Source of the DNA: a virus
Lineage: Duplodnaviria > Caudoviricetes
Reading direction: 5' to 3' (one strand)
Virus record (IMG/VR): IMGVR_UViG_3300028591_000100
Coordinates: 32,001-96,000 of that record
DNA: 64,000 nucleotides
Of the stretch, positions 55,501-64,000 are shown one piece after another. Below the pieces are notes generated by a model. The model ran no database searches. It worked only from the letters and a program-made list of their open reading frames with translations, and was not told the origin of the DNA. Numbering within the stretch: position 1 is the first letter of the stretch; each line of letters begins with the position of its first letter. The position numbers were made by a program, and so were the translations under genes.

Positions 55501-58500
55501 TGTGTGCTACCGTAGTCTGCATAATAACCAGCATTTGGCGTAGCTCTAAAGTATGCAGCATAACCATAATATCTCCATGTAATAGTGGAACTATAGTTTG
55601 TGGTTGTATACCAAGCACCAGTCCAATTTGTTAAGACCTTACCTAAAGTATATTGAGTAGGAGATAACACTAGAGACTTAGTTGTAGTTCCAGTGATTGT
55701 ACCAGAAACTGATTGTGTGGTATAACCTGTTTTTGCATAAGAATAACTATAGCTCTCACCATAATAATATGTGTGAGTCCATGCAGTTTCTGCAGTTGTG
55801 CTACTTGATGCACTGTTAACACCTGTAATCTTATAATAATTCCTATTAACAGTTAACACATAAGAATTTCTTGCAGCTGTTGTATGAGAAGCTACTGAAG
55901 AGTAAATTACACCTGATTCTTCACTTACAGCTCTGCTGAATGAAAAAGATGCTGTAACGTTACCTGTGACACTGTTAGTGCCTGTGTAGTTACCACTGGC
56001 CGCAGTATCATTGTATTTATCTCTAGTTCTACTACGAGCTGCACTACAATAATAGGTTGTACTGAAACTTAAACCTGTTTTAGATTTTGTAGCTCCAGAA
56101 GTCGCATCACCTAAGCTTGTGCCACCTGTTGTATTAGTAGTATTATAATATAATGTTACAGTATTTGAATCGTTATTTTTAACTGTAATATTACCTGTTG
56201 TTGCATCACCTGTTGAAGTCACAGTAGGTGTTGTTACCGAAGTAACACTCCAAGCACCATAGCTTACACCATTACCTGATGAAGTTCCTACTAATTTATC
56301 ACCATAATAAATAGTTGCACCATTACTTAAGGCACCAGTAGAAGCACCCTCATATGGTGATGCTTCTCTAGCTACAGAGTAAGTACCATAAGAAGGATTT
56401 GTTGTAGAAATTGTTAATGTGTAGCTCTTAGTTGTTCTTGTGCATTGAACAGTGGTTGATTGAGTTTCACTACTGCTACTATAACTAAATGTTCCTGTGC
56501 CTGTTGGTGTTCCATAGTTATATGGAGTCTCAGATTGTGCTGTTCCTGTTACAACTACACTTGTAGAATAATCAAGAGAACTTAAGGTAGCAGAAGTTGT
56601 GACTTCTACCTGAGCTTCACTGCCAACTTTATAGTAAACTTTTGACATGTTGCTGCCCTTTGTAATGGTTAAAGACCATGTTCTTCTTCCGCCTGCACTT
56701 AAACCTGAAGTTGCAACAGATGTTAAAGATGCACTATTAGGACCCGTAAAGCTATAAGCATGAGATGAATCATAATAAGTTAAAGATGGATTATAATATC
56801 CTGTAGTCGCACTTGCTTCCCAATAGAACTTATCACCATAATAAATAGTCCCACTTGTAAACGTTGAATATGAGTTACCGTTCCAAGGTTTTCTCTTGCA
56901 AGTAAGGCCTGAAACACCCGTTGGTAATGTACCTTGAGATAGTCTACCAGAAATTCTATCTAGATTAATAGTACCAAAGTTTACATCACCTGCAATTTCC
57001 CACCAATCTACTCTATATTTACTACCTGAAATTTGTGTCCAAGAAGAAGGAATTACGTATCCTGTTTCAACTACAGCAAAACCATAAACGATGTCTCCAC
57101 CATTATAAAGTTGAGTACCACTAGCAGCACCACTGGTCGCTGTAGAAGTTGTTGATAAATAAACACTTGAAACGCCCGTTCCTGCTGCAATATAAGCTCT
57201 ACCAGGTTTTGGTGTTTCTGTGCAGTACGGAGTAATCAAGTTATCACTAGAATCAGGATTTACATAGCTAGCAGGTTCGCCATCAGCGGTAAATTCAATA
57301 TGATTGAAACTTATATTGTATTGTGAAGTTTCTGTAGTATCAAGTACCCATGTATATGTATGGACATATTCGGACCACTCTCCCACTGGGTTAGGTCCTA
57401 CTGTAACTGTAGCACCTGAAATAGACACATAATCACCATTAAGAGCGGTAATTGAGGATATTGTGTCACCATTGGAATCTTCCCAATGACCATAAAGACC
57501 GTCGTCAAGATTAACTGTTACTTGTTGGTCGCCAAGACGTGCTATTTGTGCTATGATAGTTGGTGTGGTTGAATTAAATGCATGGTATCCCCAAGAAATA
57601 CCAGAAATACCCGCAAAACCATACGTATAGCCAGATAACTCAGGTAACTCTAAATAAAATTCAAATTGACCTTGGGCAATCCAATTATCATCCCCAGATG
57701 TATCTCTATAGTATAGAGTAGCATTTTCAAGCATTAAATACAAGTTTCCAGACTGCCATTCAAATGTATAATAAGTATCATAATGAACTTTAAAATAATA
57801 GTAACCACTGCTAGGGTCCTCTGGGTCACGACTTGGGTCTGGGAAGTATTCAGTATAATCATGAAGATCTGGGTTAAAACAACGCCAAGGTCCCCTGTCT
57901 GAAGAATAGTCGCCAAGATAATTAGAACTTAAAACTAAATCATACTCAAAATAATCAATATCAAACTGAGCAGTTTTAGTTAAATTGCCTGTAACCGTGT
58001 CACTACCAGTCCAATAATGGAAAGTATACACACCCACGTTATCAGTAGGTCTTGTAGGTGTTGCACCGTCATAAGAAACAGTTGAACCATAAGGAACATT
58101 TGTATCTGTTTCAAGAGTAGAACCATCCCAGTTCTTCCATGTAACTGTATATTTATTAACAGTGCTACTAAATTGCGCTGTGTAAGTTTGATCACTAGTA
58201 ACTGTCGTTTGCTCTGGACTCCAGCTACTAAAAGTATATGTATATTGTGCTGTTCTAGCTCTTGTAGGTGTTGCACCATCATAGCTAGGTGTTGAGCCAT
58301 ATGCCACGTTACTGTCAGTCTCAAGTGTTGTGCCGTCCCAATTTTTCCATGTAACTGTGAATCGTTTGATAGAGCCAGCTACTAAACCTGAAGCTGAAAC
58401 AGAAGTAATGCTTCCACCTTGAGAACCTGTCCATGTGTATGGATTTGAACTACTGCCATATGTAACGGTTGGATTGTTATATCCCGTTGTTGCTGTGGCT

Positions 58501-61500
58501 ACCCAATAGAATTGGTCTCCATAATAAATTCTACCACTTGTAAATAAAGAATAAGAGTTACCATCCCATGGTTTTCTATAACAAGTAATTGAAGCAACTC
58601 CTGTTGGTAAATTTCCTTGTGATAAACTACCGTAGATTCTTGCTGCTGCTCCTAAGCTAATGCTAGCAGTCCAAGGATTACTACTGTAATTTAATGTAAA
58701 GTTTGTAGGGTTCAAAATTTTAGTTGTTGAGGTACTATTGTATCCTGTATTTCCAGTTCCTATACAGGTTATAGTATCCCCATAAGAAGCAGATGTGATA
58801 ACTTGGTTATTTGCATTTTTAAATGATACACTACCATTAGTATAAGTACCACTTAAAGTATATGTGTTGATTACTGCGTTAATAGTACCAGAGTCCTTGT
58901 CACCCGCTATAGACCAATAATCTACTCGATATATTGCGCCGTCCTCATATTCTGTTCCACTAATTAATTCCCATCTAGGATATGCGTTACCTGGTCTATG
59001 GTATCCTGCCTGTACAACAGCAAAAACATATACAAGAGTATCTCCTGGGTAAGTATAAGTTCCACTAGCATGACCACTTGTTGCTGTAGCGCTAGTTGAA
59101 GTATAAACACTGGTAACGCCTGTTCCCGCTGTAACATAAACTTTACCAGGGTTAGACGTAACATTGCAATATGCGTAGGCTAAATTCATAGGTCTGTACT
59201 CCGAAGCGGCCACTTGTTCATTGGCAACTGCATAGTTAGTTTGTTCACCATCAACCGTAAATTCAATATGGTCAAAACTAATTGTTTCTGCTGAATCAGA
59301 ACTATCAGTTATCCATGTATATGTGTGCACAAAATCTGACCAAGAACCAGCAGGATTAGGTCCCACTGTTATTGAACTACCTGAAATATCGACATAGTCG
59401 CCATCGTATGCTAGAATGTCTATTTGTTCATTTCCATCAGAATCAATCCAATGTCCTCTATCTCCCTCGCAAACAATTGTGGCAGTATGACTACCTAATC
59501 TAGCGACAGACGCTATAGCCACTGCATTTGCAGTGATAATTGAAGGCGCTGTAATATTTAAAAATTCATACGAAAAATCGCTAGTGTCTGAAGGAGCATT
59601 AAATGTTATTGTATATGGGCTTTCTCCATATTTAGTCCGATCATCTGAAATTGTTATAGTGTTGTCTTCACAAGTAATAGTTGTTCCATAATGTACTTCA
59701 ACTATTGGATAATCTGATTCTTCCCCATTTAAGCGGTCATAATACTCCCAATCCCATTCTCCATAATTACACTGTAATTCTAGTTCATAAGTGTTTGGTT
59801 CAGTGTATTCATGCCATGAGTCAGGAGAACCCGTAACAGTGCGTCCTGAGAATGTTTTTAAATTATCGTCATTATCAAGACCAAAATTATAACCTGTGTT
59901 AGCAACCGCTTTTCCACTTAAAATATCTCCATAATACACTGTAGCTACGGCATAACCATTGGTAGTGTATAACAAAGGGTCTGATTCAGTTGAGCCCTCT
60001 GTAGCACCTTGATATGGTGACGAAGTTCTCCATACCTTCATATAACCACTACAAGTACCACCAAGTGCAATTCTATAATCCCAGTGTTTTACATAAGGTG
60101 CAGAATTGCTATTGACACCAGCCACAACTGTAGAATTGTCACTGTCTAGATTGTTTGTGTTAAAAGCATATGCCGCTGATGCTAACCAATAAATAACAGT
60201 GCCAGCATTATACCAACCCACTGTAAATGGAGTTGTATGGGTTGAACTTGTATAAGCAGAACAATTAGTACCAGCTAAGCTTGTAACATTATATTGTCTA
60301 GTATATTGAGCTTCAATGGTTCTTGCCATTATAGATTCAGTTAAAGGAGTTAAATTGTCCCATGAACCATTTATATCACGGGCATTAGTTCCTGTAACAT
60401 TGCTAGGGTTTGCTCTACTTGGAGTATCACCATATCTATATGTGGTTGAATCTGTAACAGTGGTCCAAGTTCCATATGCAGTTTGATAATGCCAGCTGAC
60501 TGTAAATGGGTTTGGTGTAACAGTTATGTATGCAATTGCCCTAGAAGCAACCCCCTCTTCAGGAACCTCTGTTGTAGGTATCCACTCATCCTCTTGTGCA
60601 TCATATTTTGCAAAGCCTAAACGATTAAACGTATAAGTGTACTCTGTAGGGCTTGTTGCGGTAACCCATGTATATGTATGAACATATTCTGAATAAGGAC
60701 CAACAGGATTTGGGCCTATGGTAATTGTGTTATTTGAAACAATAATCGCGTCCCCAACACATGCTGTGATATATGTGCTAGAAATTTCATCACCATTTTC
60801 ATCTTCCCAATGACCAAATTCTGCTGAGATATACTCAGGGTCTTGTGAAGGTTCAACATATAATTCAACATCAACTTCGATAGAACTATGTCGAGCAACA
60901 GCTGCATTAACCGTAACATCACCGTCAACTTCATCAGGACCTGAAAAAGAATCAAAAGCCCAACTATAACCTGTTGTTGTTGGTATTGTAAAATCAATAG
61001 TGTAGTTAGTTGGACCATCATTATCTGCGTCGTAAATTGTGATGTATGGGTCGCTTGTTGCATCATAAGTAATAGTCGCACCATAGTGCGCGATAACAAC
61101 AGGTACCAAACTTGTGGTGCCAGCAACAGTAGTGTAGTTATCCCAATTCCAATAAGCACCGCGGGATAAAACAGCGGCACTAATAATAGCATCGGTCCCT
61201 GATTCATTCTCCAAATAAATTGAAAGACGAGATATTTCCACATCAACAATACCATGTTCACGCTCATAATATTCTGCGTCCACATCTACAACACGATGAT
61301 TAGCACCTTGTGTAAATGGAATGTTTTCTTGTAAAACCACAGAATTCGTTTCATCAATAATACTATATGTACCTGATATATTGTTGCTAACAGTAAAGTC
61401 TAATGAATATGTCCCCGCGCCAATATTTGGTAGACGCATCTCAAATTGTTGTTCTCTAGGTAATTCATCCAAATTTTCTATTAAATTTTCACCGACACCT

Positions 61501-63776
61501 GGGACTGTTTGTGTTAGGAATATATTATATACATTAGAATCCATGTCAATTATCCATGATGTATAATCAGGAACTGTTCGATTACTAAAAGTTCTTATTG
61601 TATCTGTGTTTCCATCGCCTAAATTGTAATGGATATTAGTTCTCTCAGCTTTTCCATTAAACACATCACCAGAGTAAGCCCAAATTGTTTGATTGTTTCC
61701 ATTTGTTACACTAGCTGTAGGATTACTTTCTGTTCCTGTCTCAGCACCTGCATATGGTGACGATGTTCTCCATATTTTCATATAACCTATTTCAGTGTCG
61801 TCCACAGAATTTGGGTTGTGTAAGGAAATAAAATACTGATATCTGTAAACATTAGTTGCAGAAGCGCTATTTACACCCGCAGCCACATCTACTATAGAAG
61901 TCGTAACATTATAAGGATATATGTTACTATAATCAAAACAATAAGGCATAGTAGATTTCCAATAAATTTTTACATTTGTATCATACCAACCTGTAGAAAA
62001 AGGAGTTGAGTATGAACTAGAAGTGTAAGCTGAACAATGTGTGCCAGATAAACTTGTAACATTGTATTGAGGCTTATAAGTCGCATTAATTGTTCTATCG
62101 TCTGTGATGTCACTTAAATCATCCCAACCAAGTGAATAATTACGTACATTACCACTTGTAACAGTTGGTGCAACTGCTCTAGATGGTGTATCACCATAAT
62201 GTAATGTCTCTGTGGCGGTTGTCCATGTATTATAAGCGTCTTGCCAACGCCATGTAACTGTAAATGGATTTGGAGATTGTGTTACCTCCGCCTCCAAAGA
62301 ATCATCTGAACCTAAAATTTCAAATGTTTCTTCTCCGTTGTAAAATAAAATATCGTTAAATATATATGAATAATCATGATCAGCAGGTTGTGTTGTCCAC
62401 GTTAAAGTAATAACATCCTCTGTATAAGGGCCAACAGGATTTGGTCCTACTGTAACAGTATTTCCTGAAATAATAACTGCGTCTCCAATATGAACAGAAA
62501 CCTCACTAATTTCACTACCATACCGTGGGTCATCACAAGACCAAGAACCATAAGAACCGTTTAAATGTAAAGTTGCTGTTTCAATACCTTGTCGAGCCAC
62601 AGATGCAGTAGCTACCGCATCACCAGAAATAGTTGTAGCGCCTGTAATACCAATTAATGTGTAATTGTATAAGGCTGTATCCCCTGGAGTATTAAATGCT
62701 ATATCATAAGCCTGATTGTCGTATTCAGGAACATAATCTGTTATAGCTATTCTAGTTGGGTCTTGTGCACCATCGTGGTCGTACCCATAAGCAATTTCTG
62801 TTCCTGTATGAACAAACACGATTGGATAATCACTTGACTCACCATCTAGGTGAATATGACCAATTTCGTCCCCCCTTGATGTATATGAGTCCCATTCTCC
62901 ATAATTTTGTACTAAAGCTAGTTCATATGGGTTTGGATAAATTGTTATAGTCCAATCTGTATTACTAGTAGATAAAACTGTTTCATCTGTAAAAGTCTCT
63001 AGCACTTCACTACGATCGTCTATATCTGAGTAGCCACGTAAGTTCCATCCAGTATTACTTTCTGTTTTACCAGACAAAACATCTCCATAGTATACATACT
63101 CTGTGACACGACCTTCTGTCGTATAAAGCAAAGGGCTTGATTCGGTACTTAGCTCTGCATGTTGATATGGTGAGCTAGTTCTCCATACTTTTGCATAACC
63201 ACGAGAAACACTTTGGTCAGCTTGATATGGGCACCATAACTCAAGGTCATACCCCCATCTTTTTACAAGATTTGCTGAACTACTGTTGACACCAGGTACT
63301 ACATCAACGGTCTCCCACTCAATAAAGTTATCGCCTGTCCAACTATAACAATATGCAGCAGTGGCATACCAATAAATTTTATCGGTTGCACGATGCCAAC
63401 CTGTTGTAAACGGTGTTGTCCATCCCCATGCTTGATAAGCATTACAATTTGTTCCATTAAGCTGTGTAACATTATATTCTATGTGATATACCGCATTAAT
63501 GGTTCTATCCTCTGTTACAGGAGATAAGTCATCCCATGCGTCAAATACTTGTCTAATATTGCCGTCCACAACCGTAACAGCTGGGTCACGAGATGGAATA
63601 GCGCCATCATCATATTCTTGCGTAGTGGTTGTCCAAACACCATAAGATGCCTGCCAACGCCATGTAACCACATGGGTCCCTTTCCATAAAACAGTTCCGT
63701 CATGGGTAACTTGTTTTACTTCTTTCATTACCCCGTTAACGGGGATTTTCCATTTTTTCACTTTCGAAAAATCCAT
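52506..63776 (-). CDS. giant (3756 aa) repeat-built tail fibre/adhesin-like virion protein with InlB-B/Flg_new-like repeats
   Basis: T/S/G/Y-rich beta-type composition; repeated TVTWKNWDG..LETD..V.YG modules; AGGAGG SD. Confidence 0.75.
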   Translation of the reverse strand: MDFSKVKKWKIPVNGVMKEVKQVTHDGTVLWKGTHVVTWRWQASYGVWTTTTQEYDDGAIPSRDPAVTVVDGNIRQVFDAWDDLSPVTEDRTINAVYHIEYNVTQLNGTNCNAYQAWGWTTPFTTGWHRATDKIYWYATAAYCYSWTGDNFIEWETVDVVPGVNSSSANLVKRWGYDLELWCPYQADQSVSRGYAKVWRTSSPYQHAELSTESSPLLYTTEGRVTEYVYYGDVLSGKTESNTGWNLRGYSDIDDRSEVLETFTDETVLSTSNTDWTITIYPNPYELALVQNYGEWDSYTSRGDEIGHIHLDGESSDYPIVFVHTGTEIAYGYDHDGAQDPTRIAITDYVPEYDNQAYDIAFNTPGDTALYNYTLIGITGATTISGDAVATASVARQGIETATLHLNGSYGSWSCDDPRYGSEISEVSVHIGDAVIISGNTVTVGPNPVGPYTEDVITLTWTTQPADHDYSYIFNDILFYNGEETFEILGSDDSLEAEVTQSPNPFTVTWRWQDAYNTWTTATETLHYGDTPSRAVAPTVTSGNVRNYSLGWDDLSDITDDRTINATYKPQYNVTSLSGTHCSAYTSSSYSTPFSTGWYDTNVKIYWKSTMPYCFDYSNIYPYNVTTSIVDVAAGVNSASATNVYRYQYFISLHNPNSVDDTEIGYMKIWRTSSPYAGAETGTESNPTASVTNGNNQTIWAYSGDVFNGKAERTNIHYNLGDGNTDTIRTFSNRTVPDYTSWIIDMDSNVYNIFLTQTVPGVGENLIENLDELPREQQFEMRLPNIGAGTYSLDFTVSNNISGTYSIIDETNSVVLQENIPFTQGANHRVVDVDAEYYEREHGIVDVEISRLSIYLENESGTDAIISAAVLSRGAYWNWDNYTTVAGTTSLVPVVIAHYGATITYDATSDPYITIYDADNDGPTNYTIDFTIPTTTGYSWAFDSFSGPDEVDGDVTVNAAVARHSSIEVDVELYVEPSQDPEYISAEFGHWEDENGDEISSTYITACVGDAIIVSNNTITIGPNPVGPYSEYVHTYTWVTATSPTEYTYTFNRLGFAKYDAQEDEWIPTTEVPEEGVASRAIAYITVTPNPFTVSWHYQTAYGTWTTVTDSTTYRYGDTPSRANPSNVTGTNARDINGSWDNLTPLTESIMARTIEAQYTRQYNVTSLAGTNCSAYTSSTHTTPFTVGWYNAGTVIYWLASAAYAFNTNNLDSDNSTVVAGVNSNSAPYVKHWDYRIALGGTCSGYMKVWRTSSPYQGATEGSTESDPLLYTTNGYAVATVYYGDILSGKAVANTGYNFGLDNDDNLKTFSGRTVTGSPDSWHEYTEPNTYELELQCNYGEWDWEYYDRLNGEESDYPIVEVHYGTTITCEDNTITISDDRTKYGESPYTITFNAPSDTSDFSYEFLNITAPSIITANAVAIASVARLGSHTATIVCEGDRGHWIDSDGNEQIDILAYDGDYVDISGSSITVGPNPAGSWSDFVHTYTWITDSSDSAETISFDHIEFTVDGEQTNYAVANEQVAASEYRPMNLAYAYCNVTSNPGKVYVTAGTGVTSVYTSTSATATSGHASGTYTYPGDTLVYVFAVVQAGYHRPGNAYPRWELISGTEYEDGAIYRVDYWSIAGDKDSGTINAVINTYTLSGTYTNGSVSFKNANNQVITSASYGDTITCIGTGNTGYNSTSTTKILNPTNFTLNYSSNPWTASISLGAAARIYGSLSQGNLPTGVASITCYRKPWDGNSYSLFTSGRIYYGDQFYWVATATTGYNNPTVTYGSSSNPYTWTGSQGGSITSVSASGLVAGSIKRFTVTWKNWDGTTLETDSNVAYGSTPSYDGATPTRARTAQYTYTFSSWSPEQTTVTSDQTYTAQFSSTVNKYTVTWKNWDGSTLETDTNVPYGSTVSYDGATPTRPTDNVGVYTFHYWTGSDTVTGNLTKTAQFDIDYFEYDLVLSSNYLGDYSSDRGPWRCFNPDLHDYTEYFPDPSRDPEDPSSGYYYFKVHYDTYYTFEWQSGNLYLMLENATLYYRDTSGDDNWIAQGQFEFYLELPELSGYTYGFAGISGISWGYHAFNSTTPTIIAQIARLGDQQVTVNLDDGLYGHWEDSNGDTISSITALNGDYVSISGATVTVGPNPVGEWSEYVHTYTWVLDTTETSQYNISFNHIEFTADGEPASYVNPDSSDNLITPYCTETPKPGRAYIAAGTGVSSVYLSTTSTATSGAASGTQLYNGGDIVYGFAVVETGYVIPSSWTQISGSKYRVDWWEIAGDVNFGTINLDRISGRLSQGTLPTGVSGLTCKRKPWNGNSYSTFTSGTIYYGDKFYWEASATTGYYNPSLTYYDSSHAYSFTGPNSASLTSVATSGLSAGGRRTWSLTITKGSNMSKVYYKVGSEAQVEVTTSATLSSLDYSTSVVVTGTAQSETPYNYGTPTGTGTFSYSSSSETQSTTVQCTRTTKSYTLTISTTNPSYGTYSVAREASPYEGASTGALSNGATIYYGDKLVGTSSGNGVSYGAWSVTSVTTPTVTSTGDATTGNITVKNNDSNTVTLYYNTTNTTGGTSLGDATSGATKSKTGLSFSTTYYCSAARSRTRDKYNDTAASGNYTGTNSVTGNVTASFSFSRAVSEESGVIYSSVASHTTAARNSYVLTVNRNYYKITGVNSASSSTTAETAWTHTYYYGESYSYSYAKTGYTTQSVSGTITGTTTKSLVLSPTQYTLGKVLTNWTGAWYTTTNYSSTITWRYYGYAAYFRATPNAGYYADYGSTHYYTGVYYTDSVEATSTSNASVGLVASALGQYTLTINVTNSSYGTYSVSRTYTESGQGTGVLSNGATIYQNDVLSGTSSGNGTSYTSWSVSSVTAPTVTSTGASTTGNITVKNNDSSTVTLYYNTSNAAGGTSLGSTAAGGTKTKSGLSFSTTYYCSAYRQATRTKHVDSKSNDNYTGTNGVSGNVTASFVFSRSDTTEYQDVWSSVTSHTTAARNTYTVTWKNWDGTTLETDSNVPYGGSASYGGSTPTRPTTAQYTYTFRSWSGSSSYVTSNVTRTAQFDETLRDYAITVTAQYLSDYSAQGISPWINQTLGGIGFPNDEWTMRAYYGTSVSVSDITFRLNEVMYYYNSGYDRTDTADFEGYLPQDDGNYSYSFNGISGITDGGQITGNTTIALLVSRVGREITVYLSGSYGYWQGYNEGYIEITAHYGDPVSVSGNRVTIGSTTYTWVTSSGDSHYTYSFDYISNDTGESIVTDGCGFSVQVNEIPKSGAVTVTAGTGVSSIFLSTDGFATSGSPSGTTYPGGTRVYVFAVAAAGYYSTEYCTGGTQYDTGAIYRVDFWDVAGPTGGSTYSLTPNPTVKWTGTNATATLNGSAMTSGTAYSVLYNSSPEIYVTSNSWYYISSYSASSATVAEAAPPVTVNNSNVFSVYKFTYSNITAGKTMSTTTTAYYSLSTSFNGMPYSGTITYPNGTVESISTTTSDFTKYYSKGTLNYSLTVMSKEVYAPSAGTVTSYGKLANGYYPYGYPADDRIITGYTAWGPPTINVFTDSLTGNWLGSGNAYHRVEFSYLGTDNDNHRLAVTQTNSSAAYISGINLPTTIKNTSTGASVASSSNRLVICPYSYRSAGALVVNATGFTISPATFSFGDSSSSPKTVNVTYAATSWTIALMGGQYYPVLSNGYSYMSFNYTDTSGVAQNAVITGRNQRLTITGKGQMTVKCMYASGGSSHDGWLSQGVMTSSCIGDEWSEDIGWAIGSDNVDSVTITPVSGKTYACFSD

Positions 63777-63793
63777 ATTGTTTTTCCTCCTTT

Positions 63794-64000
63794 TTACGAA
63801 TTAGTTATAGGGAACGTTCTTAATTTTACGTTTACATCAGAAGTGGTTCCGTCATTGTTTTTAACAGTGAAAGTCCATGTTTGGAATGTTCCCACATTTC
63901 CATCTGTGATTGCTGAATAAATTGCAGCTGCATCTGCCCATTGTGTGTTTGTAGATTGACTATTAATAGTGTTGGTGTGGGCTGATTTTGGCACATATGT
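63794..64000 (-). CDS. 3' end of an upstream (probably structural) gene, truncated by window edge
   Basis: frame is open from position 64000 to the stop at 63794. Confidence 0.6.
   Translation of the reverse strand, partial: TYVPKSAHTNTINSQSTNTQWADAAAIYSAITDGNVGTFQTWTFTVKNNDGTTSDVNVKLRTFPITNS

Noticed and set aside
52506-63776. Diversity-generating retroelement targeting the fibre
   Set aside because: No reverse transcriptase in the window. The repeats are in-frame protein modules differing at many synonymous positions, not an adenine-specific TR/VR pair.
278-63920. Numerous antisense or alternate-frame ORFs in the track (e.g. 946..1344, 7495..7803, 17502..17879, 23628..24119, 45646..46053, 60716..61285)
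   Set aside because: They overlap better-supported genes, lack SD sequences and show shadow-ORF composition.
1-64000. Stop-codon reassignment
   Set aside because: Long conserved genes are intact in code 11. TAA, TAG and TGA all end genes at positions matching the next gene's start or a terminator (e.g. TGA at 48991).

Overview
64 kb segment of a large tailed dsDNA bacteriophage (Caudoviricetes-type). The host is probably a low-GC Bacillota species, inferred from GGAGG ribosome-binding sites, sigmaA-like promoters and a DnaE-type polymerase. The standard genetic code fits throughout. Positions 1-8860 are a + strand block of small, often very acidic early-type genes, followed by a wHTH-fused DNA methyltransferase, a GP88-like Cys-rich protein and two membrane microproteins. 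This block converges at ~8.9-9.6 kb on an unusual non-coding locus (G-run/C-run polarity switch, repeated boxes) with a long - strand block. The - strand block carries many small hypotheticals, NADAR, ClpP, two metallophosphoesterases, ThyX, PhoH, a HAD, tRNA-Ser(GCU), dUTPase, an IscS/NifS cysteine desulfurase and a full replication/recombination module (RecD2, DnaE, PD-(D/E)XK nucleases, primase, DnaB, Rad52/Sak-like SSAP, SSB). It ends in a 3756-aa repeat-built fibre/adhesin gene directly coupled to a radical SAM enzyme, two paralogous miniature asparagine-synthetase/lasso-cyclase-like PP-loop proteins and a P-loop protein. That operon is the best candidate for an undescribed system, possibly virion-protein or other amide/radical modification. 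Recurrent regulatory motifs: ten TTGAYW-N16-TATAAT promoters with an invariant TTCTGY, and five AAATAAAA-N6-TTTTATT palindromes. All family calls are by motif recognition only; no searches were run.
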